Below are positions 10,606 to 21,405 of a DNA stretch of 64,000 nt, piece after piece. How positions within the stretch are numbered: the first letter of the stretch is position 1; each line of letters starts with the position of its first letter. The translations under genes were made by a program, and so were the position numbers. This DNA is from Candidatus Latescibacterota bacterium. GTDB lineage: Bacteria; Latescibacterota; UBA2968; GCA-2709665. The DNA lies in the NCBI GenBank assembly GCA_965237675.1, contig OZ250150.1:1376001-1440000 (forward strand), written 5' to 3'. Below the pieces are notes generated by a model, which saw nothing but the letters and a program-made list of their open reading frames with translations, did not search any database and had not been told where the DNA came from.

Positions 10606-11307
10606 ATGTCAACGCGAACAGCGCTTATTACGGGCGCATCTCGGGGTTTGGGTCTCACACTCGCGCGTGAACTCGCGCGGCGAGGATGGCGATTGGTCAT
10701 CAACGCAAGAGGCGCGGAGGCACTGGATGCCGCACGGGAAGAATTGGCAACATGGACGGATGTCATCGCCATTCCGGGAGATGTGACAGTGGCTGAGCAT
10801 CGGGGGGAACTGGCTCGCGCCGCGAACAAGCTCGGTCATCTGGATGCCGTCGTCAACAATGCAGGTATGTTGGGGCCGAGTCCCCAGCCGGAGCTGCTTG
10901 ATTATCCACTCGATATCCTGGAGGAAGTGTATCGCGCCAATGTGATTGCACCCCTGGGCGTGCTGCAGGCGGTTCAACATGCCTTGAAACCCGGTGCACG
11001 CATAATCAATGTGACCAGCGACGCGGCTCGCGAGGCGTACGGTGGCTGGGGTGGATACGGTTCTTCGAAGGCGGCGTTCGAGCAGCTTTCAAACGTGCTT
11101 GCGGCGGAACGTCCGGATTGGCGCGTCTACTGGGTGGATCCCGGCGACATGCGCACTCAAATGCATCAGGATGCGTTTCCCGGCGAGGATATCAGCGACC
11201 GACCTCTGCCAGAGACGAGCGTATCGGGATTTATTGAACTCCTGGAAGGCTCGCACGAAAGTGGTCGCTACGCGGCGCGTGAGTTATTCAACACGAACGA
11301 TAGTTGA
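10606..11307 (+). CDS. Short-chain dehydrogenase/reductase
   Basis: TGASRGLG, NNAG and YGSSK motifs. Confidence 0.92.
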   Translation: MSTRTALITGASRGLGLTLARELARRGWRLVINARGAEALDAAREELATWTDVIAIPGDVTVAEHRGELARAANKLGHLDAVVNNAGMLGPSPQPELLDYPLDILEEVYRANVIAPLGVLQAVQHALKPGARIINVTSDAAREAYGGWGGYGSSKAAFEQLSNVLAAERPDWRVYWVDPGDMRTQMHQDAFPGEDISDRPLPETSVSGFIELLEGSHESGRYAARELFNTNDS

Positions 11308-11326
11308 TTGTTGAAGGGGGTACGTT

Positions 11327-12433
11327 ATGTCCAATTCGATGCCAACGACGGTATCGCCCATTACCATGGTGAATTCAAAGCTGGACTCTCTGGCCTTTGA
11401 TCTGCCGTCGAAACTGGAGGCGGGCGAGCCACCCGAGGCGCGCGGCCTCAGTCGAGACGAAGTTCGGTTGATGGTGTCGCGGATAGGCAATGATACGATT
11501 GAACACATTGCATTTCGCGATCTGCCCGAGGCGCTGCGCGCGGGCGACGTGCTCGTGATCAACACAAGCGGCACCCGCAAAGCGTCGTTGCCTGTTGTTC
11601 GGTCCGACGGACTGGAACTGAGGCTGCATTTGTCAACGGAATTGCCGGCTGAAATGTGGGCGGTTGAAGTGCGCTCAGCCGATGCGTCGCGGCCCTTCCC
11701 GCACGCCCGGGCGGGCGAGGTGTTGACGTTGCCCGGTGGCGGATCCGCGCAGTTGCACGTACCCTGTCGGCCCGACTTGCGGGAAGATCCCGCCGCTGCC
11801 GTTCGTTTGTGGATTGCAACGATGAATTTGCCCTATGACGTGGAAACGTACCTGGACGTCTACGGGATGCCCATTCGGTACGGATATGTACGGGACAATT
11901 GGTCCATCGGATATTATCAGACCGTATATGCAACGGAAGCAGGCAGCGCCGAGATGCCATCGGCCGGCCGCGCGTTCACTCCCGAGGTCATCACGGAATT
12001 GGTTGCGAAGGGGATTCAGATTGCGCCGCTGATTCTGCATACAGGCGTGGCAAGCCTGGAAGCCGATGAGCCGCCCTATGAGGAGTATTACCGGGTACCG
12101 GTCGAATCGACCCGGGTTATCAACAATGCAAGTGAAAATGGCGGGCGGATTATCGCCGTTGGCACCACAGTGGTTCGGGCGCTCGAAACCGTTGCCGATA
12201 GGGCCGGACGGGTTTCTCCGGGTGAAGGGTGGACGACACTGGTGATTTCACCTGAACGACCCATGCGAGTCGTACGCGGTTTGCTGACCGGGCTGCACGA
12301 ACCGAGCGCCACGCATCTGTCCATGCTACAGGCATTGGCGGGGTTGGAACACCTGAAGTTGACCTATAGCGCCGCGCTCGCCAAACGTTATCTGTGGCAT
12401 GAATTTGGCGATCTGCATTTGATTTTGCCCTGA
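11327..12433 (+). CDS. QueA-like protein (divergent SAM:tRNA ribosyltransferase-isomerase family)
   Basis: YQTVYA and AVGTT conserved; GSAEMPSAGRAF, TGLH and YLWHEFGD replace the canonical QueA motifs. Confidence 0.8.
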   Translation: MSNSMPTTVSPITMVNSKLDSLAFDLPSKLEAGEPPEARGLSRDEVRLMVSRIGNDTIEHIAFRDLPEALRAGDVLVINTSGTRKASLPVVRSDGLELRLHLSTELPAEMWAVEVRSADASRPFPHARAGEVLTLPGGGSAQLHVPCRPDLREDPAAAVRLWIATMNLPYDVETYLDVYGMPIRYGYVRDNWSIGYYQTVYATEAGSAEMPSAGRAFTPEVITELVAKGIQIAPLILHTGVASLEADEPPYEEYYRVPVESTRVINNASENGGRIIAVGTTVVRALETVADRAGRVSPGEGWTTLVISPERPMRVVRGLLTGLHEPSATHLSMLQALAGLEHLKLTYSAALAKRYLWHEFGDLHLILP

Positions 12434-12493
12434 ACGGGAAGTATATTGGTAAAAGTAGCGCACTAAACACCTTAAAGGCAGACGAAGAGATCC

Positions 12494-13654
12494 ATGCCAA
12501 CGCAAACCGACCAACTCAAGCAACGCAATCGCGAACTCTCCATTCTAAACGCGATCGCCCACGCGCTCAACCAGTCCGTGGACCTCGATCAAGCCCTCGA
12601 AGCTGTACTTGAAGAAGTGGCCGCGTTGCTCGATCTGAGCACCAGTTGGATATGGCTCTTCAACGAAGAGACCAATGAACCCTATCTGGCTGCCGCACAA
12701 AACCTGCCTCCCGCGTTACACGACAATCCGGCCAAAATGGAGGGTTGGTGCTATTGCCTGGATACTTATCGGAGAGGCGATTTGACGGGGGCTGCGAATG
12801 TGAATGTCGTCACGTGCAGCCGGCTCAAGGGGCTTGTAGAAGGAACGGACGGATTGCGGTATCACGCGAGTATTCCACTGTACGCGCACAGCAAGAAGGT
12901 GGGCGTGTTGAACGTGGGCAGTGTCGAGTGGCGCGAACTCTCAATGGAAGATTTACGCTTGTTGAATACGGTAGGCGATCTCACGAGTATTGCAATCGAG
13001 CGTGCGCGATTATACGAAAAGAGCGTCGAAACCGGCGCAGCGGATGAGCGTCTCCGACTCGCGCGAGAAATACACGACACCCTGGGTCAGAATCTGGCGG
13101 CAATTCTGATGCGGTTGGAAACACTGGATGCTCTACTCGAAAGCGATACGGACCGCGAAAAGCTGTCCGAAACCGTGCGCGATGCGATGGCGATGGCTCG
13201 CGGTAATCTGGAAGATGCGCGACGGGCCGTGTTGGATTTGCGCGCCGCACCGCTGGAGAATCGCTCGCTGCCCGGGGCGTTGGAAGCTTTAGCGAATGAG
13301 ATTGGATCCGAGGCAGGCCTGGTCATCCGGATAAATTGCGTTGGCGGACATCCCCTGTCCGCGAGGGTCGAAGCCGGGTTGTATCGCATGGCGGAGGAGG
13401 CGCTGAACAATGTCGCGGCGCATGCAGATGCGACGAAGGCCCTGGTTGAATTGACGTCAACTCCTGACTACGTGGCGCTTATTGTTGAAGACGACGGGCG
13501 CGGATTTGACGCGGAAGACACGTCAGAAGCACGATATGGGCTGGTTGGTATGCGTGAGCGGGCACATTTGCTGGGGGGTTCATTTTCCATTGAGAGCGCC
13601 CCCCGGCACGGCACGCGTCTGGAGATTCGGATTCCTCTGGAGCGTCGCGTATGA
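12494..13654 (+). CDS. Soluble GAF-domain sensor histidine kinase (HisKA_3), AirS/YhcY-like
   Basis: GAF with WCYC...CSRL cysteines; ERLRLAREIHD H-box; DDGRGF and GLVGMRERA. Confidence 0.88.
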   Translation: MPTQTDQLKQRNRELSILNAIAHALNQSVDLDQALEAVLEEVAALLDLSTSWIWLFNEETNEPYLAAAQNLPPALHDNPAKMEGWCYCLDTYRRGDLTGAANVNVVTCSRLKGLVEGTDGLRYHASIPLYAHSKKVGVLNVGSVEWRELSMEDLRLLNTVGDLTSIAIERARLYEKSVETGAADERLRLAREIHDTLGQNLAAILMRLETLDALLESDTDREKLSETVRDAMAMARGNLEDARRAVLDLRAAPLENRSLPGALEALANEIGSEAGLVIRINCVGGHPLSARVEAGLYRMAEEALNNVAAHADATKALVELTSTPDYVALIVEDDGRGFDAEDTSEARYGLVGMRERAHLLGGSFSIESAPRHGTRLEIRIPLERRV

Positions 13655-14271
13655 GCGAGCCGATCCGCATCCTCGTTGTCGACGATCATCCGGTTGTTCG
13701 CGACGGCCTGACCGCGATGTTGAATACGCAGTCCGATTTCGAGGTGGTGGGAGAAGCCAGTGACGGGGAGGAGGCGTTGCAGAGGGTTGCGGAGTGGGAC
13801 CCCGACGTGCTGTTGCTCGATCTGGAGATGCCGGGCGTGGATGGGATCGAGACCCTTCAGCGGTTGAGACAAAGTAAGGCCAGGGCGCGGGCGATTGTAT
13901 TTACGGTTTTTGATACCGACGAGCGCATTGTCTCGGCGATGAAGGCTGGCGCAAAGGGCTATTTGCTCAAGGGCGCGCCCAGAGACGACGTGTTCCGCGC
14001 CGTGCGGGTGGTCAACGAAGGCGGGTCGTTGCTCGAGCCGCTGATCGCTTCAAGGTTCCTGGACAGCATCAATAATCCCGATGCGTTGACAGCGCGCCAA
14101 AAGGAAGTGCTGAAACTGATCGCAACGGGTCTTCTGAACAAAGAAATCGCCGACCGACTCTACATTTCTGAACGAACGGTCAAGTTCCACGTCAGCGAGA
14201 TCCTGGCCAAGCTCGGCGCGGGAAATCGTACGGAGGCAGTCGCAATTGCGACACAGCGAGGGTTGATATAA
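13651..14271 (+). CDS. NarL/LuxR family response regulator
   Basis: VDDH, DLEMP, GYLLK, LuxR HTH; ATGA overlap with the kinase. Confidence 0.93.
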   Translation: MSEPIRILVVDDHPVVRDGLTAMLNTQSDFEVVGEASDGEEALQRVAEWDPDVLLLDLEMPGVDGIETLQRLRQSKARARAIVFTVFDTDERIVSAMKAGAKGYLLKGAPRDDVFRAVRVVNEGGSLLEPLIASRFLDSINNPDALTARQKEVLKLIATGLLNKEIADRLYISERTVKFHVSEILAKLGAGNRTEAVAIATQRGLI

Positions 14272-14420
14272 GCAATCAGCTTTCAGCTATCAGCCCGGTC
14301 CCATCCACCCACTAAAGTTGCCTTTTCAGGGCCGCTGGCATGTGCGCGCATTTAATTCAAGCGGCATCGCGTCCTGCTCGTTTTCGTCATTCAATCCACT
14401 GAGGAGAAGGACATACTGAG

Positions 14421-16986
14421 ATGAAAGAGATATATAGTTGGGTGCCGTGGTTTCGAGAGTTGGCTCGAAGAATCGCCGATGAAGGCGAAGCTTATCTGAT
14501 TAAAAATGCCAAACAGGTGGTGTGGGGTGAAAACCCCCCTCTGCTTAAATATGGAGATGAGGCAATCGATCCGTTTTCGTTCTTTTATTTTTTGGCTTCA
14601 AAAAACACGACTAACCAACTGAAACCAGTGTACGACAGCGTCAGTAGCGTATTTGAAATAAAACCCCTGGATACGGATATAGATGAGGAACTTTACTATC
14701 CCACTCCCAAATTCAACAGGCTTTTTTATGACGAAAGAAAACCCAATTCGCATCTTCTCTGGCGTCTTTTCGGCCAGGCAGCAGCGGACGATCCAGAAAT
14801 AGATCCGAATGACTTTAAGGATGTTCTGAACATAAAAAACGTTGCAGCTGCAAAATTGACACAATCCCTATTTTTGATTAATCCCGGATACTTTCTGCCG
14901 GTGGATAATTCATCAGCGGATCTGTCTGAAGCTCTGGATTTGCCGGCGCCGTCAGCAATAGACAGCGGTGGCTATGAAGCGTATCGATCTTTTCTTCAAA
15001 AGTTAAAGAGAGCGTTTCCAGGATGTGAGCCGTATGAAATCAATATGCTCTTATATCTACAAAACTCCCGAAAGATAGTGGTGAGCGATAGATTCTATCA
15101 AATCAGCACTTACGTATTTGATCCAGCGGGCGGTGATTATTGGGAAAACCGTGACGGTAGCTTCAAGGAGAATAACTGGGTGTTTACTGGAGGACCGGGT
15201 TCCGGAAAATCGTGGGAGGAAGAAGGAGGCTATCCCCTGACCGAACCTGCGCCGGGAGATGTTGTTCTGGTCAGAACGGGAAGACAAAAGGGAAGAGCAA
15301 TCGGCATCGTTCACAAAAACGATTATGTCAAATCAGGGATGAATGAGAACAGTAGGATTCATGTTCTGTGGATAAACAAAACGGAAGAACGTCTGTCAAG
15401 GTTCACGCCTATCGTCGGCTTTAGCAAGGCCGGCGACTCGACGCATCAGGCTTTTGAAAAGACGGATGGCTATAAGCCTACGTTTGATTTGATCAAAGGA
15501 CTTGCCCCGAAATCAAATGGGTACAAACCACAATTACATCCGGATGCACTGCAACCGGGTAAACAAACTATGAAAAATCCACATCCTTTGAATCAGATCC
15601 TGTATGGACCTCCGGGTACGAGCAAGACATGGCACACGGTCAATCATGCGCTGGCGATTGTTGACAACAAACCCGTGGATGAGCTTAAAGAGGAGAAAAA
15701 GGAAGTCCGAAAGAAAAAAACGCGGCGATTCAATGAATCGAAAGAGAACGGCCAGATCGAAATGGTGACTTTTCATCAGAACTACAATTATGAGGATTTT
15801 ATCGAGGGCATCCGGCCAGTTCCTCGCTGGCGACGGTGAGGGAAGTATAGAATATGAACTTTCCAATGGCGTTTTTAGGGAAATCGCAAAACGGGCTGAG
15901 GACAATAAGGAACGATCTGAGCAAACAGGTGACAAATCATGGGATACAGATGAGCTACTTCAGGATTTCGCCGAGTCTATTGAGGAGAGGTTGGAATCAG
16001 AAGAAAAAATCAAGCTTTTTCCTCCTGATCAAAGGAGTGGTGTAACCATTGCAAAGATCCATTGGTCACGTGGTGCCTTTTTGTCTGTACAGCTTGGTGG
16101 TTCCGTAAAGGATCATAGACTTACAAGAAAAGTGATAATTAGGGACTACGGTGCCTTTTACAGGGGCGAGATTAAATCGCCGCAAGACATTAAACCCACG
16201 CATAAATCAACTGCGAGTCAACACGGCAATGCAAGGCGCTACTTTCAATTATACGAAAGGATAAAGCAATTTCATGACAAAGAGTGGAAGCCGGAAAGAC
16301 TGGAGGTAGTACATAATCAGAACTATGTCCTGATCATTGATGAGATCAATCGTGGAAATATCGCTAAAATCTTCGGCGAGTTGATTACGCTGATTGAAGA
16401 ATCCAAGCGGATCGGAAGTGATGACGAAGCAACCGTTACTCTCCCCTATTCAAAGGAAGAGTTCGGCGTGCCGGATAACCTCTACATCATTGGTACGATG
16501 AACACCGCGGATCGTTCCATCGCGCTGCTGGATACCGCACTCCGGCGGCGGTTCGAGTTTGTCGAGATGATGCCGGATCCAAAGCTTGTTGGTGGCAAAC
16601 TCGATAAAGTGGATTGTCAGAAATTACTTGAAGCCATGAATAAACGCATCCGTTTCCTGTTCGATCGCGAGCATCAGATTGGGCACACGTATTTCCTGGG
16701 AATTGATGACTTGAAATCGCTCGAGGCAACGTTCAAAAACAAAATCATCCCGCTCTTGCAGGAGTATTTTTACGACAACTGGGAGAAAATCGACCTGGTC
16801 TTGAATCGCAACGGGTTTATTCGAAAAATCCACATTGAGAACGGCCTGTTTAAGGATTCAGACTTGATTGACGATCAGAGTGAAAGTTATGAGTTGCTGC
16901 CAGTCGACGATGGCAAATGGCAAGATCCGGAACAGTACCGGAAAATTTACGAGAATGACAAACAAGGCGATGCCGGTGAAAGTTAA
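14421..16986 (+). pseudogene. mcrB: McrB-family GTPase, split by a +1 frameshift near 15820
   Basis: ORF 14421-15839 has ILYGPPGTSKT and [18 protein letters not shown]; ORF 15790-16986 continues with [18 protein letters not shown] and RRRF; one extra base in CCAGTTCCTCGCT. Confidence 0.85.
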
Positions 16987-17000
16987 GAGGACGCCTGAAT

Positions 17001-18254
17001 ATGCCCGACACGAAGGTAGTCAGAGAACATGAAGAACTGAAGGGTCTCCGTGAGGATGAGCTTCGTGACCTGAAGGAGTTTGCCCTCGAACACCAAAGAG
17101 ATGATCTGGGAAACTACAGGCCGGTACTGACAGTCAGGAACGGCAAACTGAAGGCCGGAAACTACGTCGGAATTATCGAAACGCGCAGGCAAACCGTGCT
17201 AGAGATTCTGCCAAAGGTGGATATCGCGAAGGGTGGCAAGATTGAAGAAACCAAACGGGTTCTTTTCAACATGTTGCGCTCCTGGCGTGGATTCAAATCG
17301 AAGGCTGTGTTCAACGAAAGTAATATCAACGCTGTGCGGCGTTTCAATATGTTGGAGGTGTTCGTCCATTTGTTTTTGAACAACCTCGTCATGCTCACAC
17401 AGCGCGGTCTTGCCCGCCACTATCAGCCGGTTGAGGATAACCTGCCCTGCCTCCGCGGGCGCATTTTGTTTCCCCAACACATCCGGGAGAATTCGTCCAA
17501 TCGCGCGCGGTTCTACGTCGGCTATGACGAGTTCAGCGCCAACCGTCCGGCCAATCGCCTGATTCACAGCACGATTAACAAATTGACTGGTACCGTTCGG
17601 CAGCCGAGAAACCAGCAGTTGCTGCATCAGTTGCGAATCGGCTTTTCCGATATTCCGTTGTCAACGCACCCGCAAAGCGACTGGGACCGGCATGGTGTGG
17701 ATCGTACGATTCAACATTACGATGCGGTGATGCAGTGGGTCGGGCTGTTTCTGTTCAATCATGGCCTGACCACGTTTGCCGGTAAACACGTCAACCAGGC
17801 GCTGTTGTTCCCGATGTGGGAGATATTCGAAGACTATGTGGCAGACTGTTTTCGGCGGTACGGGCCGGAATTCTCGGTGCGCCAACAGGGTCCGATGAAG
17901 CCGTTAGCCCGCCGGGGTAACGACAAAGTCTTTTATATGAAACCGGATATCAGTCTGATGTCTGGCGACAGGACTGTATTCATCCTGGATACGAAATGGA
18001 AACGCTTAAACGCGGAGGACGGAGATCTAAAACGTGGTGTCAATCAGGCCGATATGTACCAGATGTTCGTTTACGGTAAGAAATACCAAAAATTCGGATG
18101 CCGGAAAGTCGCACTTGTCTATCCGAAGACGGATCAATTTGATAAACCGTTGCGTTATGAATTCGACAAACAATTGTCATTGGCGTGTCTTCCATTCGAC
18201 GTGACCCATCCAGAGCGTAGCGTGAGAGAGATAATCCAACATCTGAACAACTGA
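17001..18254 (+). CDS. mcrC: McrC-family restriction nuclease subunit
   Basis: NYVG, EILPK, LLFPMWEIFEDYV, KPDI...LDTKWK, DMYQMFVYG; adjacent to mcrB. Confidence 0.9.
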   Translation: MPDTKVVREHEELKGLREDELRDLKEFALEHQRDDLGNYRPVLTVRNGKLKAGNYVGIIETRRQTVLEILPKVDIAKGGKIEETKRVLFNMLRSWRGFKSKAVFNESNINAVRRFNMLEVFVHLFLNNLVMLTQRGLARHYQPVEDNLPCLRGRILFPQHIRENSSNRARFYVGYDEFSANRPANRLIHSTINKLTGTVRQPRNQQLLHQLRIGFSDIPLSTHPQSDWDRHGVDRTIQHYDAVMQWVGLFLFNHGLTTFAGKHVNQALLFPMWEIFEDYVADCFRRYGPEFSVRQQGPMKPLARRGNDKVFYMKPDISLMSGDRTVFILDTKWKRLNAEDGDLKRGVNQADMYQMFVYGKKYQKFGCRKVALVYPKTDQFDKPLRYEFDKQLSLACLPFDVTHPERSVREIIQHLNN

Positions 18255-18338
18255 ATTTGCTCGATTCAATCTTTGCCAGGATGAACGACCAACGATTCTC
18301 CGAATCTTCCGCGGCGTTCGTAGAGATGTTAAATCAAT

Positions 18339-18371
18339 AAAGCCCGCTGCCAGAAATGGTGCGGGCTTTTT
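18339..18371 (+). terminator. Probable intrinsic terminator after mcrC
   Basis: AAAGCCCGC...GCGGGCTTTTT hairpin. Confidence 0.6.
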
Positions 18372-18503
18372 GTATGGATCAGGACGGCAGCCTTGATAAT
18401 CGGTGTGAGCGCCAAATTGCCAGGGCTATGGAAAAATCACCGCCAGTACGGAAGGCCCGAAGAATAGGGATCATGGTCCCATCTGTAGCCATGACCCTTC
18501 GCC

Positions 18504-18665
18504 GACCCTTCGACAAGCTCAGGGATCGGCTCATGTTGCGGGCGCAATGATGGTTCATTGAACTTGTCGAAATGCCCGCGTTTCGCTTCTCGTCGATACC
18601 CTTCGACACCCTTCGACAGGCTCAGGGCACGAGCTCAGGGCACGCTGAGGGGCCACAGGCTCAGG
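18504..18665. repeat. Cluster of REP-like CCCTTCGACA(A/G)GCTCAGG units; reverse-complement copies at ~27722-27742 and ~37320-37334
   Basis: Several full and partial units in the gap between convergent genes. Confidence 0.65.
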
Positions 18666-18783
18666 ATGCTGGCTCCATCGGCAAGTTGGTGCGTCGGAAG
18701 ACAGCGGCTGCCAGAATATTCCCCAACTTCTGGGTTTTTATCCTGTCTATCCATGTATATTCCCGTTCAGTGAATCAAAAAGC

Positions 18784-19851
18784 CTAAAACGCCTGGCTTA
18801 TATTTCTGCGATGCAGGATGAACCAGATCACGACCGGTGCACCAATCAGGGACGTGACCGCATTCAGGGGAAGAACGTATTGACTGCCCGGCAAATGGGC
18901 AAACAGATCGGATAGCAGCGCCAGGGTCGCCCCGAGGCAGATGACGGCGGGCATAAGCACGCGGTGATCCGACGTGTGCAGGAGACTGCGGCAAAGATGG
19001 GGCACGGCCAGGCCCAGGAACGCGATCGGGCCGCAGAAGGCAGTGGTGGCGCCGGCAAGAATGGACGCACTGACCAGAATCCACAAGCGGGCGCGCTTCA
19101 CGTTGAGACCCATACTCCGGGCGTAATTCTCCCCGAGCAAGAGTGCATTGAGAGGTTTGATGCACAGTAACGCCAATAGAAGGCCGAGGAACGTGGCACA
19201 GACGAGCACGGGCATCTGACGCCACGTCACGCTGCCAAAACTGCCGAAAGTCCACAGAATGTAGGACTGTATCTGCTGGGGAACGCTGAAATAGATCAAT
19301 ATGCTGACGAACGCTCCGGTCGCATACCCGAACATCAGACCCAGTATGAGCAGCGTCATCACACTCTGCACGCTACGGGAAACCAGCAGCACGCACCCCA
19401 AAACCGTGGCGGCGCCCAGGATGGCCGCAATCGCAAGACTTAAATCGCCCATGACGCCCAAACCAGCGATGAGCGCTCCGCCGACCGTTCCCGCCGCCAG
19501 CACCACAATGGCGACGCCGAGACTGGCGCCGGCGCTGATACCCAGCACGAACGGATCGGCGAGTGGATTACGAAACAACGTCTGCATCTGCAAGCCGCTC
19601 ACGGAAAGCGCCGCGCCGGCCAGCACGCCGGTTACCGCCCTGGGCAGACGAATGGTGTAGATAATGACCTCCCAGGCGGGAGAGGGTACATCCCTGCCCA
19701 AAAGAACGCCGAACAGCCCCGCCAATGGAATTCGGACCGACCCTAGCGACAGGCTCAACCCGAACGCGATCAGAAGCAGCAACAATAATCCCGGCACGAT
19801 AACCGCGCGCCGTGGTCCCTCCTCCGTTTCATCTCTCTGTTGCGCCTTCAT
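18784..19851 (-). CDS. btuC: Cobalamin/iron-siderophore ABC permease (BtuC/FecCD family)
   Basis: IRLPR, QTLFRNPLADP, GENYARSMG, GPIAFLGL; in riboswitch-led operon. Confidence 0.85.
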   Translation of the reverse strand: MKAQQRDETEEGPRRAVIVPGLLLLLLIAFGLSLSLGSVRIPLAGLFGVLLGRDVPSPAWEVIIYTIRLPRAVTGVLAGAALSVSGLQMQTLFRNPLADPFVLGISAGASLGVAIVVLAAGTVGGALIAGLGVMGDLSLAIAAILGAATVLGCVLLVSRSVQSVMTLLILGLMFGYATGAFVSILIYFSVPQQIQSYILWTFGSFGSVTWRQMPVLVCATFLGLLLALLCIKPLNALLLGENYARSMGLNVKRARLWILVSASILAGATTAFCGPIAFLGLAVPHLCRSLLHTSDHRVLMPAVICLGATLALLSDLFAHLPGSQYVLPLNAVTSLIGAPVVIWFILHRRNISQAF

Positions 19852-19856
19852 CCCGT

Positions 19857-20894
19857 TTATTCCGATTCTGGCAGGGCTTCTATTCCATATTCGCCTTTTA
19901 GCGCCGTGATCAAGTCGTAAATGGAATGATATCTCCGGGTCACTCCGTTGTGCTCGACACACCATGCGCCGTTTTCGCCATCGTGAACCGTGATGCGCCG
20001 CCCGGATTCCGCACCGCTAACGTGAAACCCCGCCCTCGCCAGTGCGCGCTTTGTCCAATAGGCGCGCCGCCCCTGCCCGGAAACAACGACCGAGGCGCGG
20101 CCGCGCTGAGAGGTGGTCCTGAATGCACCCGTATCGGCGTCAAAACGCACGCCATCACTCTGAAACGTGCTTTCAAATGCGCCATTCAGAACCAGATCTT
20201 CGGGCGCACCGGACTGCAATGCGCCCTCGGACGGCATAAGATAAATACGGTCTGCACAACGCAGCGCCAGGTCGAGGTCGTGCGTCGAGAGGAGAATCGC
20301 CTTCCGAGTCGTATGTGCGAGATTCTGCAATAAAGCCATGATTTCCACGCGGCGGGGCAGATCCAGAAAGGCCGTGGGTTCGTCAAGAATCATGAGGTCG
20401 GGCTGTTGTGCCAACGCGCGCGCGATCAATACCTTCTGACGCTCGCCATCGCTGAGTTCGGCCACATTGCGGTGTTCCAGATCCCCGGCGCGCGCCACCC
20501 GAATCGCCCAGGAAACGGCCTGCTCGTCTTCGGGGGCGAAGCGTCCAATCCAATCGGTGTGGGGATATCGCCCCAGGCCCACCAGATCACGCACCGTCAT
20601 GGCACCCACGCTGATGCGATCCGTGAGCACCACGCTTAGCACCTGGGCAACTTCGGTCGCGGACATATCCGCGATGTTCGCACCTGCGAGAAAAACGTGC
20701 CCATTGAGCGATGGCTGCATCCCGGCAAGCGTGCGCATAAGCGTGGATTTCCCCGCGCCGTTGGGCCCCAGGAGACAAACAAAATCACCGGGATCGAGCG
20801 ATACGTCGATATTGCGAGCCACAACGCGAGTCGGCCGACGACCGCTTTTGTAACCGATGGAGAGATCCAGCGCCGTTAGAATCGCCTCAGTCAA
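19857..20894 (-). CDS. btuD: Cobalamin ABC transporter ATPase
   Basis: GPNGAGKS, LSDGERQ, LDEPT, STHD. Confidence 0.85.
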   Translation of the reverse strand: MTEAILTALDLSIGYKSGRRPTRVVARNIDVSLDPGDFVCLLGPNGAGKSTLMRTLAGMQPSLNGHVFLAGANIADMSATEVAQVLSVVLTDRISVGAMTVRDLVGLGRYPHTDWIGRFAPEDEQAVSWAIRVARAGDLEHRNVAELSDGERQKVLIARALAQQPDLMILDEPTAFLDLPRRVEIMALLQNLAHTTRKAILLSTHDLDLALRCADRIYLMPSEGALQSGAPEDLVLNGAFESTFQSDGVRFDADTGAFRTTSQRGRASVVVSGQGRRAYWTKRALARAGFHVSGAESGRRITVHDGENGAWCVEHNGVTRRYHSIYDLITALKGEYGIEALPESE

Positions 20895-21124
20895 CGCGCC
20901 TCCGGAATTGTATGACCCCTCCCCCAGCCCCTCCCCGGGACGGGAAGGGGAGCGAGGAAGGTAGGTCCAGATAAATTTAAAATAGCGATTAAGGTGCTCA
21001 AGGCTATTCTTCCATCCGCGTGAACGAAAAGACGGGTCGCGCTTTAACGTCCAGAAACATCATTGTACGGAAAAACCCGCAATGCTTATCGTTGAGAGGT
21101 TCGACTGCTGCTAAGCTTTATCCT

Positions 21125-21390
21125 TCGCGCGACCGGTGGCGGAGATGGGGGTTTTTCCGCGTTAATCCATTCAGCAACGTCGTTTTGGACAGCCTGCGGT
21201 GCCGGCAGGGCAACATCGTTCGTATTCTCCATTGCGGCAGTTCGCGGAAAAGCAGCCCCGCGGCGTTTGATCGGCGCCCTTCTTTTTCGCCCTTTTTCTT
21301 GGGCGATGCAAGAAAAAGGTCAAGGGAATAGGGGACGTCAGGGGGTGGGGAAGATTCTAACTTACGTGTAGCGAAACATGAGCTTTTCGG
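21125..21390. repeat. Structured non-coding dispersed element, copy B
   Basis: Homologous to 6110-6370; stem 21151-21161/21243-21253. Confidence 0.75.
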
Positions 21391-21405
21391 CAAGTCCAAT
21401 AGTGC

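Noticed and set aside
11327-12433. Assigning the symbol queA
   Set aside because: Key motifs diverge from canonical QueA and no queuosine pathway context is present.
15790-15839. Programmed frameshift or phase variation in mcrB
   Set aside because: No slippery heptamer or homopolymer tract at the shift site.
18287-18334. Possible attC after mcrC (GACCAAC...GTTAAAT)
   Set aside because: Only ~48 bp, weak stem, and no matching GTTGGTC box seen upstream of mcrB.
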